Shown: positions 21,057-34,275, numbered from the stretch's first letter. The stretch: 64,000 bases of DNA from the human T2T-CHM13v2.0 reference genome, Homo sapiens (GCF_009914755.1 NC_060947.1); one strand, 5' to 3'. The notes: generated by a model from the letters alone, not told the origin. Numbers and translations: made by a program.

Positions 21057-23480
21057 AAAACATTTGGATTATTTTATATTTTTCACAGTAAGTCATGGAA
21101 TGCAGAACTCTTAATAACAAAATCTTTAAGGACTCAGGAAGGATAAGGTAGACATCCTAGTTCTCCATTGTCCATGCATAACATTGGACTTATGTCCTCT
21201 TGAATACCAGTTGTCTCTCCAATTTAGATGTATAGCACTGATAACTGAAGGGTTATCATAGGTAATTTGACTTAGATGATGCAGCTCATTCAAATTGCAT
21301 ATCCAAACAATTTCGGTCCTGGCGGATTTAGCATGAAAATCTGGAAAAGTGTTTTCTTAGTACTTAATTAGTTTTTGTTCTGCTTGGGCTAGCAGTTTTA
21401 TAAACCAGTCTATTTATTAAAGTTCTGGGAATCCTTACCCAGTCCAAATGATATGATTCTAAAGTTATCAGAAAGCTTTATTCAAGAGTGCTTCTTAGGG
21501 TTCTTTTCATCCTTTCATGAATGTCCTTAAAGACATGATTTTCCCCAACTTTTACATTCATCTTGTTTTATCTATTTTTTCTCCTTCAATTTGAAATCTT
21601 TATGTAACTTCAACCTAGAAAAAAATATATTTAACATACATTTTTATGCCTTTATAACTTTCCTCATCAGATGCATGTTTTGCTTTTGCTTAAAAACTCT
21701 GTATACAGAATTGTTTCTCCCATATCTAGTGTTTTTTTTTTTTTTTAAACTTTTAGTAACCCTAACTTCTAGTGAAAACCCTAGAAGTAATTTTGGACTC
21801 TTTTATATCAGTATTTGTAAATAAATATAATTTTATAATTTTTGGAAGGATACTTTTTCAAATTATTATTTATTAACATATTTAAATATATTTAGCTTTT
21901 CTTTACCGTATAAAACTACCATGTCAAGGTACACAGTCTTAAACCCATGTTTAATAATTAATATTTTGGTATTTTAACTTACAGATGACTTAGACATTTT
22001 ACGATTATTCATTACTTAATTTAACTTAATATCTCTAACATTTTAAATTTCTGAAAAGAATTTTGAAACTATGACACAGGTAGCCTCCCTAATGTCCTCC
22101 TCAAGTTATACTAGGTCCCAAGTAGCCATGGAGCTGAGGAGGACTATGAAGGTCAGGGCCTTTCTGAGTTTGTCAGGACAGAAGACAGAGCTATGAAGAC
22201 TATCCCTGGAGGTTGCAACCCCTAACAAAATAGCTAGGAGGAAAAACAGAGAAAGCAGAGGAAGAAGGGGTCATACTGGGCTTGATTCTGGCTTGTAGCT
22301 GCTGTTCTAGGCACTAAAAACATGTCTCCAGACCTCATCATGGTCACCTATTAAGACCCCTGAATCCAAAGACTCTTAACCAAAGACATAATCTCACAGT
22401 CAAATAAAGCAACTGTCTAATAATACTTAATGGATAACTTTGAAGCCATTTCTATTTTACAAACAATTTAAGAACTAGCTTTATTTACCAAATATCAAAC
22501 ACACAGAAGCAAATCTTATCTCATAAATAATTTTTAATTGTCGGCTTTTAAATACTTTTCCCCATTTGGTCTACCAGTCTTCCAATTACCTGTTTCATTG
22601 TTCTGAGCAATTGTTAACTAAGCAACAGATTTGCAATGCTAAAGGGACAACTCTTAGGTGGAAAGGAATTATATTTCATAAGCACAGAGCTAAAATTTTG
22701 GGCCTAAATATTGTTTCATCCTTTGCTCAAACCAAAGAAAAACAATTCTTAAATAAAAGCTCACTTAAGACAAGATGGCCAGAAAAGCACCTTAAACAAA
22801 GATATGACTTACTATATAAATTTAAAATAATGGTAAGAATTTTACTATATATAGGCAGACATCCTTAAAAATGGAAATTTCTATTATAGATATAAATTTC
22901 TTTTACAAAAGAGTTTAAAGATAGCCAATTAAATTTTAGAAAGGTGTATTTTAGTTCAATAGGGTGTTCTTTTTAACTTAGTTAGTACTTCTTAGCTAAA
23001 ATTACTGAATTCAGGGAAATAGGTGGAGTCCAATAAGGGACAGAGCCAAGAAAGCATTTTGTATGCCTGGAGTCAGCATGAACACATCTGAAAAAGAAGC
23101 AAGCCTTTTTTATCTGAGGTCCTACCTTTTATAAACACCTCATCTAGCATAGCTTCCTTTCCACCTTCAAAGCTGGGTAGTAACTAAGCCAAAAAGGTTA
23201 GCCAATTCCATTTTTCTTATCAATTAGTCACTTAAGCTTTATATTTGCCTTTCATGAAGACTTTAAATAGAAATATTAAAATATTTTAGAAGCTACTGAA
23301 TATCAATAGGCATTCCTAGGTAAGACTAATTTGGCAGCCCTAATTTTCAAATTCACTTTTTAAGTGCAATGTTGTACAAGTGGAGTGTCCCACTGTAACT
23401 TATATCTTTAGTGAGATTTCACCATTTCTGTAAGACTGCTCCTTCTGTGGCCTAATACTTAGGCATGTACCACCTGGAAG

Positions 23481-24060
23481 GGAGGGACTAAGTGGCTAAG
23501 TTGGCTGGACTTCCTGGGTCAATAGGGACTTCCCTAAGGGGACTTTCCCCTAAGCCAAAATTAGTCATAGCTACAAGCTAAGGGATTGAAACTTCAACCA
23601 ATCAAAGGGGACTTTCCCCTAAGCCAAAATGAGTCACGGCTGCAAGCTAAGGGATTAAAACTTCAACCAATCATATAGGGAGTTTAAGCTCTAACTGCAG
23701 GCTGATTTTTTATCCAATCAGGCCCGCCAACCCACAAGCAGATAGAAAATAAGCTAATTCTATAGAACAGGAAAAGGGGAGGGGTCATAAGGAGATATAA
23801 GCATAAGACACCCAAGCCAGAAACGGAAACCCTTCTGGGTCCCCTTCCACCAAGTGGAAGCTTTACTCTCACTTTCGATTTTGCTTTACTTTCACTTTCA
23901 CTTTAATAAATCTTGGTGCCACACACTCTTTGGGTCCGTGCGTTTCTCTGATCAAGCTGTAACACTTGCTGCTGCGGTCCACAGCTTCATTCCTTCAAGC
24001 CCATGAGACCACGAACCCTTCAATTGAGAAAAACCTTTGATAGTAAGACTTCTCGTCTCT
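23481..24060 (+). mobile_element. Solo ERV1 LTR of the HERV-9/W-like group (LTR12/17/30 relatives; exact family uncertain) nested antisense in the MER57 internal region
   Basis: gctggacttcctgggtc near the start, CCAAT boxes, TATAA 23796-23800, AATAAA 23905-23910, U5-like ctctttgggtccgtg..gctgtaacact..cttcattcctt..gagaccacgaaccc; no clean TSD seen. Confidence 0.75.
23536..23673 (+). promoter_or_regulatory. 69-bp tandem duplication carrying NF-kB, AP-1 and CCAAT motifs (candidate enhancer)
   Basis: GGGACTTTCC at 23539-23548 and 23608-23617; TTAGTCA 23561-23567 and TGAGTCA 23630-23636; CCAAT 23598 and 23667. Motifs are visible, activity is not shown. Confidence 0.6.
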
Positions 24061-24567
24061 TCAGTTCTTCAGAAATTAAGGATCCAATTTCTCCTCAAAT
24101 ATTGGCTTTGGCTCTCAGGATCCCTTGGTCAACTTAACCATTATTTTTTTTTCCCTATCTAAGTGTACAAGAAAAATAAAACAGAGAGGGTAGAACATGA
24201 AAATCCCTGAGAATTTTCAAAAGCCAAATTTTATACCCCCTGAAGTATTGCCATTTACTACTGGTTTCTTTCTGACCTGGTCAGACGTAAGAAACCTCTA
24301 ACTGCATGTAAGCCAGTTAATTATTGGATCCAATTCAATCCTGGACTCAGTCCAGTTTCTGTTATGACTTCCAGATGCAGTGTGGATCAGAAATTTGCTC
24401 AAAGAAACTCGGGGAGTGCAAAACACTTATCTATGGAGCTTCAGAATCTGAGAGAGAACTTACCACGTTCCCCATTTGCTCTGAGAGACCAATGGACACT
24501 ATGGGCCCAGTGTGTACCTTGCTTGGTCACTCAGCACACATGGGGGCTGTTAGAAGCTCTACTTTGT

Positions 24568-24585
24568 ATCCCACTTCTGATATCA
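24568..24585 (-). other. Primer-binding site, tRNA-Leu type
   Basis: atcccacttctgatatca matches 16/18 of the tRNA-Leu(CAA) 3' end ATCCCACTTCTGACACCA and lies 2 nt from the 5' LTR. Confidence 0.85.
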
Positions 24586-24587
24586 TT

Positions 24588-25460
24588 TGTTGAAAGAAAA
24601 ACTTTAGCTGACTTAAATTTAAGGGTTTAGTTGAGCAAAGAAAAATGTGTAGATTAGGGAGACTCCTAAGCCAGAGTAGTCTCAGAGTCTCCAGCACGGC
24701 CATGTGGTGAAAGAAGATTTATGAACAGAAAAATGAAAGTGATGTACAGAAAACAAGTGAGGTACAGAAACAGCCAGATTGGTTAAGCTTAGCATTTGTA
24801 ATATTTGAACACTGTTTGAAAAGTTGGCTACCTTTGACTGCCCAAAAGTCAGTGATTGGCACAAGAGTAGGCTACAGTCTGTTTACAACTCTATTTAGGT
24901 TTGTGAACCCTGAATATCTGAAACAGGTCTCAGTAAATTTAGAAATTTTATTTTGCCAAAGTTAAGGATGTGTGCGCATGACATAGCCTCAAGAGATCCT
25001 GATGACATGTGCCCAGGGTGGTCCCAGCACAGCTTGGTTTTATACATTTTAGGGAGACATGAGACATTGATCAGCATATGTAAGATAACCATTGGTTCAG
25101 TCTGGAAAGGGGAGAGAACTCGAAGCAAAGGTAGGACAACTCAAAATGAGGAGGGTCTTCCAGGTCAAAGTCAGATAAGAGACAAATGGTTGCATTCTTT
25201 TGAATTTCTGATTAGCCTTTCCAAAGGAGGCAATCAGATATGCATTTATCTCAGTGGGTAGAGGGATGACTGAATAGAATGGATGAAAGGCAGGTTTGCC
25301 CTAAGCAGTTCCCAGCTTGACTTTTCCCTTTAGCTTAGTGATTTTGGAGCCCCAAGATGTATTTTCCTTTTATAGGTTACAGTTCACAATGTACAGAGAA
25401 ACCATTAGTCTAAACTTAAAATATGCAAGGAGGCAGATTTAGGCTAAACTTGATTTAATA
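24588..25460 (-). mobile_element. MER57A-like 5' LTR interrupted by MER4A1
   Basis: Colinear with 18547-18945 once 24902-25374 is removed. Confidence 0.88.
24902..25374 (-). mobile_element. MER4A1-like solo LTR
   Basis: Revcomp starts tataaaaggaaaatacatcttggggctccaaaatcactaagctaaaggg; TSD ggtt at 24898-24901 and 25375-25378. Confidence 0.88.
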
Positions 25461-25573
25461 GAGTAATGTTATGAAAATATAATACATCTTCTTATTACTG
25501 AAAGGACATCTGGCAAAGCCATAAATAAAAAACAACCTTTGGATATAGCCACTTTTTATTTCCTTGTTGAACT

Positions 25574-25782
25574 TGTAAACCAAAAATAAAATTCTAATGC
25601 CTCTCAACCATCTGCACAGACCCTTCTTTTCAGTCAAGTGGCATTTCAGAGTTAACCTAAAAAACTGGTTCAGGCCATGACTGGAAGTGAGGGTTGGACA
25701 TGCCTCATTATGCCCTCCTCCCTTTTGGAATTCAGGAAAAGTCAACCAGCATTTAACATCAACACAGACTTTAAGCCTGATT

Positions 25783-25825
<43 letters not shown>

Positions 25826-26086
25826 AAACACATTGATAGTCTATTCTCTCTGAAGCCTGCTACCTGGAGGCTTTATCTGCATGATAAAACTTTGGTCTCC
25901 ACAACCTTTTAATCAAAAGCAAGGCATTACTTTCCACTGATAATTCTTTTAACCAATTGCAAGTTCAAAAAATTTTAAATCTACCTATAACCTGGAAGCC
26001 TACCCACCTGCTTAAAGTTATCGTGCCTTTCTGGACCAAACCAATTTGTATCCTAAATGTATTTGCTTGATGTCTCATATCTCTCT
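25574..26086 (+). mobile_element. MER4B/D-like LTR, 3'-truncated
   Basis: Starts tgtaaaccaaaaataaaattctaa; ggacatgcctcattatgccctcctcccttttggaattcagg. Confidence 0.82.
25785..25823 (+). repeat. (AAC)13 microsatellite
   Basis: Directly visible. Confidence 0.95.
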
Positions 26087-26419
26087 ATGGGTGACTATTG
26101 TTTAAGCTATTATTACCTTCTTGCTTAGCAGTTTATTTGCTTCGCCAAGCTGCTGGTTGCAAAGCTAGCTAGGTGCATGGAATTTCCCATGAAGGGATGC
26201 AAATCTTTCTTTATTCCCATGCTTTGAAGAGGGGATAGCAACCTGGCAGGCCCCTAAGAGGGACTCCTATTCCATTTCATTTGCAATATTGCTCTCGCTG
26301 TAAGAAAAATGTATCAAACCTCCTTCAGCAATTCACATTTTGATTCACCAACAGTAGCCAAAATAATGGATGTGCAAATATGCTCTAATAGAGCTTAGTA
26401 AGATTGATAGTAATAATAA

Positions 26420-26650
26420 TAAAAGCTAACATTTAGTACATGTTTGCTAAAGGTAAAGCATTGTGCTAAATGCTTAACATGATTTTTCTAATTTAATTCT
26501 TACAACAACCCCACAGAGTATATATTATTATTATCCCAATGTTACCAATGAGAGAACTGAGGCACAGAGGTGATGGCAATTTCCTAGGGTAACACAACTG
26601 AGTGGTTGAGTAAGGATGTTAATCAGGCAGTCTGATTTCACAATTGTCAG
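26420..26650 (-). mobile_element. MIR, near full length
   Basis: gctaacattt..cattgtgctaaatgctt..cttacaacaaccc..aatgagagaactgaggcacagag..ggcagtctgatt. Confidence 0.8.
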
Positions 26651-27118
26651 TCTTCGAAAATTTTATCCTGCTTGTCACATCAGATTGATCTATGGGACTA
26701 CTTTTTACCTCACCCATCCCTTAAGATGTCATCACTTTATAAAATAGCTTGATTTTTCCTTTCATGGACCCTCAAGTAATGCAGCGTTGTTTGTATGGTA
26801 GCTCTCTATAGAGGGGCATATGTCTCTTTAAGAGGTCAACATGAAGTAGAATGATATTATGTAAATCTGCCTCATGTAAGTGGCAGAAAAGGAGGATTTA
26901 CGTTAAAGTACTTACTCATACTATAAGATACAGTAGCTAGTTGGTAACTCACTTGAGTTTACCTATTTTTAACCTACTCCGTCTTCACCACTTTTATCAG
27001 AAATAAGTGGCTTCTCTTGACATTCAGTTTTCTATCTATAAATAAAGATTATATTTGTTTCCTAGCTAATAATTTTTTGTGACAATTATGGATATCTATC
27101 TATCTATATTTATCTATC

Positions 27119-28288
27119 TAGTCGTACATCTATTATCTATGGGGATGCATTCTGAGAAATGCAACATTAGGCAATTTTATCATTGTGTAAACATTATAGA
27201 GTATATTTATACAACCTAGATAGTATAGCCTACTACATAGTATACTATTTATAGCACAAATAGGCTATATGCTATAGCCTATTTCTCCTAGGCTACAAAC
27301 CTGTACATAATGTTACTGTACTGAACGCTGTAGGCACTGTACCACAATGGTAAGTATTTGTGTATTCTGAACATAACTAAATGTAGAAGAGGTACAGAAA
27401 AAATATGGTATAAAAGATTAATAAACTGATACACCTTTATAAGGCATTTAGCTAGGAATAAAACTTTCAGGACAGGAAATTGCTGTGGGTAAGTCAGTGA
27501 ATGAGTTGTGAGTAAATGTGAAGGCCTAGGACATGACCATACTGTAGATACTTAAAGCTATACTAACTTTGTAAAAATTTCTTTTTTTTAATAATCAATT
27601 AATTTTACCTTACTCTAAATTTTTTATTTTATAAACTTTCAATTTTTTTAACTTTTTGAGTCTTTTATAATAACAATTTAAAACACAAGCACAGTGTACA
27701 GCTGTACAAAAATATTTTCTTTTTAATGTCCTTATTCTATAAGCTTTTTTTCCTATAAAATCTAAGACACAAAGACACACATTATCCTAGGGCTACACAA
27801 GGTCAGGATCATCAATATCACTGTCTTCTACCTTCATATCTTGCCTCACTGGAAGGTCTTCAGAGGCAACAATATGCACGGAGCTGTCATCTCCCATGAT
27901 AACAGTGCCTTCTTCTGGAATACCTAATGAAGAACCTGCCTGAGGCTGTTTTATAGTTAACTTTTTAAATAAGTAGAAAGAGTACACTCTAAAATAACAA
28001 TAAAGACTATGGTGTAGTAAATACATAAACCAATAATTTAGTGGTTTATTATCATTATCAAGTATTATGCACCATACATAATTGTATGTGCTATACTTTT
28101 ATACTACTGGCTGCGCAGTAGGTTTGTTTACACCAGCATGACCACAAACATGTGACTAATGCATTGCACTAAAATGGCTAAGACATCACTAGACAATAGA
28201 AATTTTTCAGCTCCATTATAATCTAATGGACCATTATTGTATATATGATCTGTCATTGACAGAAATATCATTATGTGTTACATGATTG
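27119..28288 (-). mobile_element. Tigger3b-like non-autonomous TcMar DNA transposon
   Basis: Degenerate TIRs (tagtcgtacat.. and ..ttatgtgttacatgattg followed by TA); internal cattctgagaaatgc..cctaggctacaaacctgtaca; ~1.17 kb. Confidence 0.85.
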
Positions 28289-28301
28289 TATATCTACATA
28301 C

Positions 28302-28306
<5 letters not shown>

Positions 28307-28333
<27 letters not shown>
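28307..28333. repeat. (TA)n microsatellite
   Basis: Directly visible. Confidence 0.95.
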
Positions 28334-28342
<9 letters not shown>

Positions 28343-28754
28343 CTGGATAGATGAATAAATAGATAAAGGCTGATATGTAAAGAGTGGAAAACTAGCTGTT
28401 GTTCATGAGTGATCAAACTAGCAATAAAAGAATTTCAATCTCAGTTACACAGTCATTTAAGTTACATTAAGTGATAGAGTCTGCTTCCATTAAGACTTTT
28501 AATGCCCTCAACTAAGTAACATTAACTTTTTCATTTCCATTTCCAAAAGGTATACAGTTGATGTTCATATCATAGTTCACATCAAGGATTCATTTGAAAT
28601 CATAATGGACTTGTAAACTGAGTCTTAATTATGCTTTTTTTTATTTACAATTGAGTCTTAACCTTCATTATAGTAAAAATTTTATTTATATGTTTGTCTT
28701 TTTGTGTGTTTTCGTATCCATATTTGTTTACATCGTTGTTGAATTCTAGCACAC

Positions 28755-29140
28755 CGATATGGTTTGGCTGTGTCCCCATCCAAATCTCATCTTGAATTGT
28801 AACTCCCACAATTTCCATGTGTCATGGGAGAAACCCAGTGGGAGGTAATTGAATCATGGGGGCGAGTTTTTCCCATACTGTTCTTGTGATAGTGAATAAG
28901 TCTCATAAGGTCTGATGGCTTTAAAACAAGAGTTTGCCTACACAACCTCTCTCTTTGCCTGCTGTCATCCAGCATCAATGTAAGATGTGACTTGCTCCTT
29001 CTTGCCTTTTGTCATGATTGTGAGGGCTCCCCAAGCCATGTGGAACTGTAAGTTCATTAAACTTTTTTTTTTTTGTTTTTGTAAATTGCCCAGTTTCTGG
29101 TATGTCTTTATCAGCAGCATGAAAACAGACTGAAACTACA
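28755..29140 (+). mobile_element. THE1 (THE1B-like) MaLR solo LTR
   Basis: gatatggtttggctgtgtcccc..ggtatgtctttatcagcagcatgaaaacagact. Confidence 0.9.
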
Positions 29141-29217
29141 GCAATTTTTAGTATGCCTTCAATTTGAAAAATGATAAAAGGCAATATTGCCAAGGAGGCC
29201 TTTAAAATGCACTGCAA

Positions 29218-30324
29218 ATCTAGGCAATACCATCCAGGACATAGGCATGGGCAAAGATTTTATGATGAAATTGCCAAAAGCAATTGCAATAAAAGTAAAA
29301 ATTGACAAATTGTATCTAGTTAAACTAAAGAGCTTCTGCACAGCAAAAGAAACTATCATCAGAGCAAACAAGCAACCTACAGAATGGGAGAAAATTTTTG
29401 CGATCTACCCATCTGACAAAGGTCTAATATCCAGAATTTACGAGAAACTTAAATTCACAAGAAAAAAACAACCTCATCAAAAAGTGGGCAAAGGACAGGA
29501 ACAGACACTTCTCAAAAGAAGACATTTATGCGGCCAACAAACACATGAAAAAAAGTTCAACATCACTGATCATTAGAGAAATGCAAATCAAAACCATAAT
29601 GAGATACCATCGCATCTGTCAGAATGGCAATCATTAAAAAGTCAAGAAAAAACAGATGCTGGTGAGGCTGTAGAGAAATAGGAACACTTTTATACTGTTG
29701 GTAGGAATGTAAAATAGTTCAACAATTGTGAAAGACAGTTTGGTGATTCCTCAAGGATCTAGAACCAGAAATACCATTTCACCCAGCAATCCCATTACTG
29801 GGTATATATCCAAAAGAAAATAAATCATTCTATTATAAAGATACATGCACATGTATTTTTATTGCAGGACTATTCACAATAGCAAAGACACGAAACCAAT
29901 CCAAATGCCCATCAGTAATAGACTGGATAAAGAAAATGTGATTCATATACACCATGGAATACTATGCAGCTATAAAAAGGAATAAGATTATGTCTTCTGC
30001 AGGGACATGAATGAAGCTGGAAGCCATCATTCTCAGCAAGCTAACACAGGAACAGAAAACCAAACACTGCATGTTCTCACTCATAAGTGGCAGGTGAAAA
30101 ATGAGAACACATGGACACAGGGAGGGGTACAACACACACTGGGGCCTGTTGGTGGGGGCGAGGGGAGGGAAACCATCAAGATAAATAGCTAATGCATGGG
30201 GGGGCCTAATAACTAGGTGCAGCAAACCACTATGGCACACGTTTACCTATGTTACAAACCTGCACGTCCTGCACAATGTATCACCCCAGAACTTAAAGTA
30301 AAATAAAATTTTAAACATAAAAAA
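29218..30324 (+). mobile_element. 5'-truncated L1PA (about PA10-13): ORF2 3' part and 3'UTR
   Basis: [51 protein letters not shown]; A-rich tail; partial TSD actgcaa (29211 and 30325). Confidence 0.9.
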
Positions 30325-32294
30325 ACTGCAACTTTTCTTAAATGTATTATTTTAAAATGCATGCAAAATATACATATTATATAATAGTTTCTTGCAGGGA
30401 AATATTCATATTGAAGTAACAAATAACAATACATACAAGCTTAAAATTTCAATAATCCTACACTTAACAGCAATTAATATACCTGACCATTAGATAATAA
30501 AATATGTAGGAAAATACAGGCTATCAAACACAAAATCTCTGAAAGTAGAAGAGAAAATGAATCATCACACTTGTAAGTGAAAAGCAGTAAATAAAATATA
30601 ATTGTCATATCTGAATTGGACCATGGAACATATAAGTTAATATTTTACAGGATAATTATAGTTAATGTCTGCAAGTTAGTGCTTCTGTACTGTTCATCAT
30701 AAGTTTAATCATATCTCAGATAAACTACATGGTCATGGAATTACTTCATGGTTGTGTTCCTTTATTTCTAATAATGTGTATAAATATTGCAAGCAAAGCA
30801 TAATCCAGGAGGAACTTCATAAGATAATGTACTATCTTTCATTATGAACAGGCAGTGTTTCACTCAAACCATTCCGGATATGCTTTTAAGAATATATATG
30901 CAAATACTCTTAACTAATTAGTGCATGCCAGTATTTAAAATGCTGCCTCTATTCTACATGCTTCTTACTGTAGTTTCACACAGTTTCTAATGAAAATCAA
31001 AAATAGATAATTCATTTATTCCCTAAGTGAGTTTTACCTAGATCCTTTAACATTCTTCCTAAAGATATCACATGAAACTTCAATTTTGCTAATACATACA
31101 ATTTTCATTTGTCAGATATACCTCAATAAAGGGGGGGAAAATAAAATAACAAGAGCAGTTTGGGACTCTAGTTGCATATTTAAAAAATGGTGAAGTTATG
31201 TGGTGAATTTTCGATGGGTAATATATTAAAACACAATAAACTATAAACTACATTATCTCCAATGGGGAAAGATAATTTGCAAACACTTTAATAATTCCCC
31301 CCAAATATTAACGCAAAAAAGTTACCCAAAGGCATTTCAAGATATTATGTGGCTTAGTAGTAATAAAGCTGCAGTGCTCAAGGTGATCAGCCCCTCATTC
31401 AAATGTCAGAGTTAATATTGAGCATCATTTTCTATGTATGAGGTCTCAAGACTATTACTATGACATATAGTAACCTACTAGGTGATCTGATTACTTCTGA
31501 CCTTTTAAAAGTTCCAAAGAGCAAAAGTAGTTGAAAAGTGTTTATGCATATATGACACAATACTGGAAATCCATATCTGAACTATAGTCAAGAACATATC
31601 TAATGTTCGTAAATTTCTGACAAGGCTTACAGGAAATAGTTTCTTGGATGGTTTGGCATCATGGAAACCTGTCATTTATTGTAGCTGAGCAGTGACAAGA
31701 GGTATAAATATGATTAATTTTTTATCAACATGCCATATGAGAATAATTGCAAAACATAGCACATTTTCAAAATTTGGGAACCACTTTCCAAAATAACCAT
31801 TTATTTGACTCCTGTAAAATTTTGTCAAAAGCTTTAAAATTAGATGTTTTTTTCTAAAAGTGGATTTCTGACATCATTTAATAGCATATTATGAGATAAA
31901 GTATATTTTATATACATGTAAATATGTATATATGTATATAAAATACACCTTATATATGTAAATTGTGTACACATATAAAGTTTGGGTATATATTATGTAT
32001 ATAGACACACACACAGACACACATACCCCACCCAAAAGGCATTGGTATTTGATGTATAGAAAATAGAATGGATTTTTCATGATCAATTTAAACATTAAAA
32101 TTATATTTTATCCATGTGTCAATTGCGAGAAATAACATGTAACCAAAATAAATTTGCAATATATAGTTAATATTTTGATTAATGGATGCTTTGCATTGCA
32201 AAATAGTTGGAATTGAAGCAGCTGACTGAAACAATTATGCAATAATAGTTGTCATCATATCTCACATTGGGGTAATGTAAAGAAAGAGCTAAAT

Positions 32295-34232
32295 AACCCA
32301 AAATCTTCTTAAGCTGGTAAGCAACTTCAACGAAGTCTCAGGATACAAAATCAATGAGCAAACGTCTTTAGCATTCCTATACAACAAGTCAAGCTGAGAG
32401 CCAAATCACGAATGAACTCCCATTCACAATGGCTATATATATATATATGACTATGGATAACAAGGGAGGTAAAATATTTCTACAAGAAGAACTCTATAAA
32501 CCACTGCTCACAAAAATCAGAGATGACACAAACAAATGGAAAAATATTTCATACTCATGGATAGGAAGAATCAGTATCGTTAAAATAACCATACTACCCA
32601 GGGCAATTTATAAATTTGATGCTATTCCCTTTAAACTACCACTGACATTCTTCACAGAACTAGAGAAAACTATTTTGAAATTCATGTGGAATCAAAAAAG
32701 AGCCCTAATAGCCAAGGCAATTCTAAGCCAAAAGAACAAAGCTGGGGGCATCATGCTACCCAATTTCAAACTATATTACAGGGCTACAGTAACCAAAACA
32801 AGATGGTACTGGTGCAAAAACAGCCACATAGTTGGACTAATGAAACAGAACAGAGAGCCTAAAACTAAGGCCACACACCTACAGCCATGTGATTTTCAAA
32901 AGAGCAGACAAAATATGCAATGGCATAAGGATTCCCTACTCAATAAATGTCGCTGGGATAACTAGATAGCCATATGCAGAAAATTGAAGCTGGACCCCTT
33001 ACGTATATCATATAAAAAATCCCAGATGAATTAAGGACTTAAATGTAAAACCAAGAACTATTAAAACCCTGAAAGAAAACCCAGGCAATAACATTCAGGA
33101 CATAGACACAGGCAAAGATTTCATGAGAAAGATGCCAACACCAATTGCAACAAAAGCAATAATTGAAAATAAAATATAACTAAGCTTAAGAGCTTCTGCA
33201 CAGAAAAAAAAAACTATCAACAGAGTGAACAGACAACCTAGAGAATGGGAGAAAATTTTTGCAAACTATGCATCTGACAAAGGTCTACTATACAGCGTCT
33301 ATAAGGAATTTAAACCAATTTACATGAAACAAACAACCCAATTAAAAAGTGGACAAAATACATAAACAGACACTTTGCACAAGAAGACATACATGTGGCC
33401 AAAAATCATATGAAAAAAAAGTTCAACATCACTGATCATTAGAGAAATGCAAACCAAAATCACAATGAAATATCATCTCACACCAGTCAGAATGGCTATT
33501 ATTAAAAAGCCAACAACAACAACAACAACAAAACAGATGCTGGTGAGGCTGTCCAGAAAAAGCAACACTTATGTTGGTGGGAGTGTAAATTAGTTCAACT
33601 ATTCTGTAAGACAGTGGGGTGATTCCTCAAAGACTTAAAAACAAAAATACTATTTCACCCAGCAATCCCATTACTGGGTATATGCCCAAAAGAGTATAAA
33701 TTGTTCTATTATAAAGACACGTGAATGTGTATGTTCATTGCAACACTATTCACAATAGCAAAGACATGGAATCAACATGAACGCCCATTAAAGGTAAAAT
33801 GGATAAAGAAAATGTGGTACATGTACACCATGGAATACTATGTGGCCACAGAAAATAATGAGATCATGTCCTTTGCAGGGATGTGGATAGAGGTGGAGGC
33901 CATGTTCCGTAGCAAACTAACACAGAAACAGAAAACCAAATACGTCATGTTCTCATAAGTGGGAGCTAAATGATGAGAACACATGAACACATAGAGGGGA
34001 ACAACACACACAGGGGCTTATCCAAGGGTAGAGGGTAGGAGGAGGGAGAGGATGAGAAAAAATTACTAATGGATACTAGGCTTAATACCTGGGCGATGAT
34101 ATAATCTGTAAAAAAAAAAAAAAAAAAAAAAAAAAACCATGAAACACATTTGCTTATGTAACAAACCTGCAAATCCTGCATGCACCGGTACCCCTGAACT
34201 TAAAATAAAAGTTAAAAAAAAGAAAGGCAAGA

Positions 34233-34263
<31 letters not shown>

Positions 34264-34275
34264 CGAAAAAAAACA
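32295..34275 (+). mobile_element. 5'-truncated L1PA (about PA13-16) with long A tails
   Basis: ORF 32429-32965 ([39 protein letters not shown]) is L1 ORF2; L1PA 3'UTR; polyA. Confidence 0.92.

Larger units (their letters stand above)
18547..25460 (-). mobile_element. Complete-structure MER57-type (MER4 group, ERV1) provirus, coding-defective
   Basis: Two homologous LTRs (18547-18945 and 24588-25460); 4-bp TSD gagt at 18543-18546 and 25461-25464; PPT and PBS correctly placed for the minus strand; env remnant. Confidence 0.9.

Noticed and set aside
20854-21146. Tyr/Ile/His/Thr-rich ORFs
   Set aside because: Translations of a dinucleotide microsatellite
24568-24585. tRNA-Leu-like sequence as a tRNA gene
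   Set aside because: Only the 3' 18 nt are present, next to an LTR; it is a primer-binding site
32429-32965. 178-aa ORF
   Set aside because: Internal L1 ORF2 fragment of a 5'-truncated copy; no independent gene features
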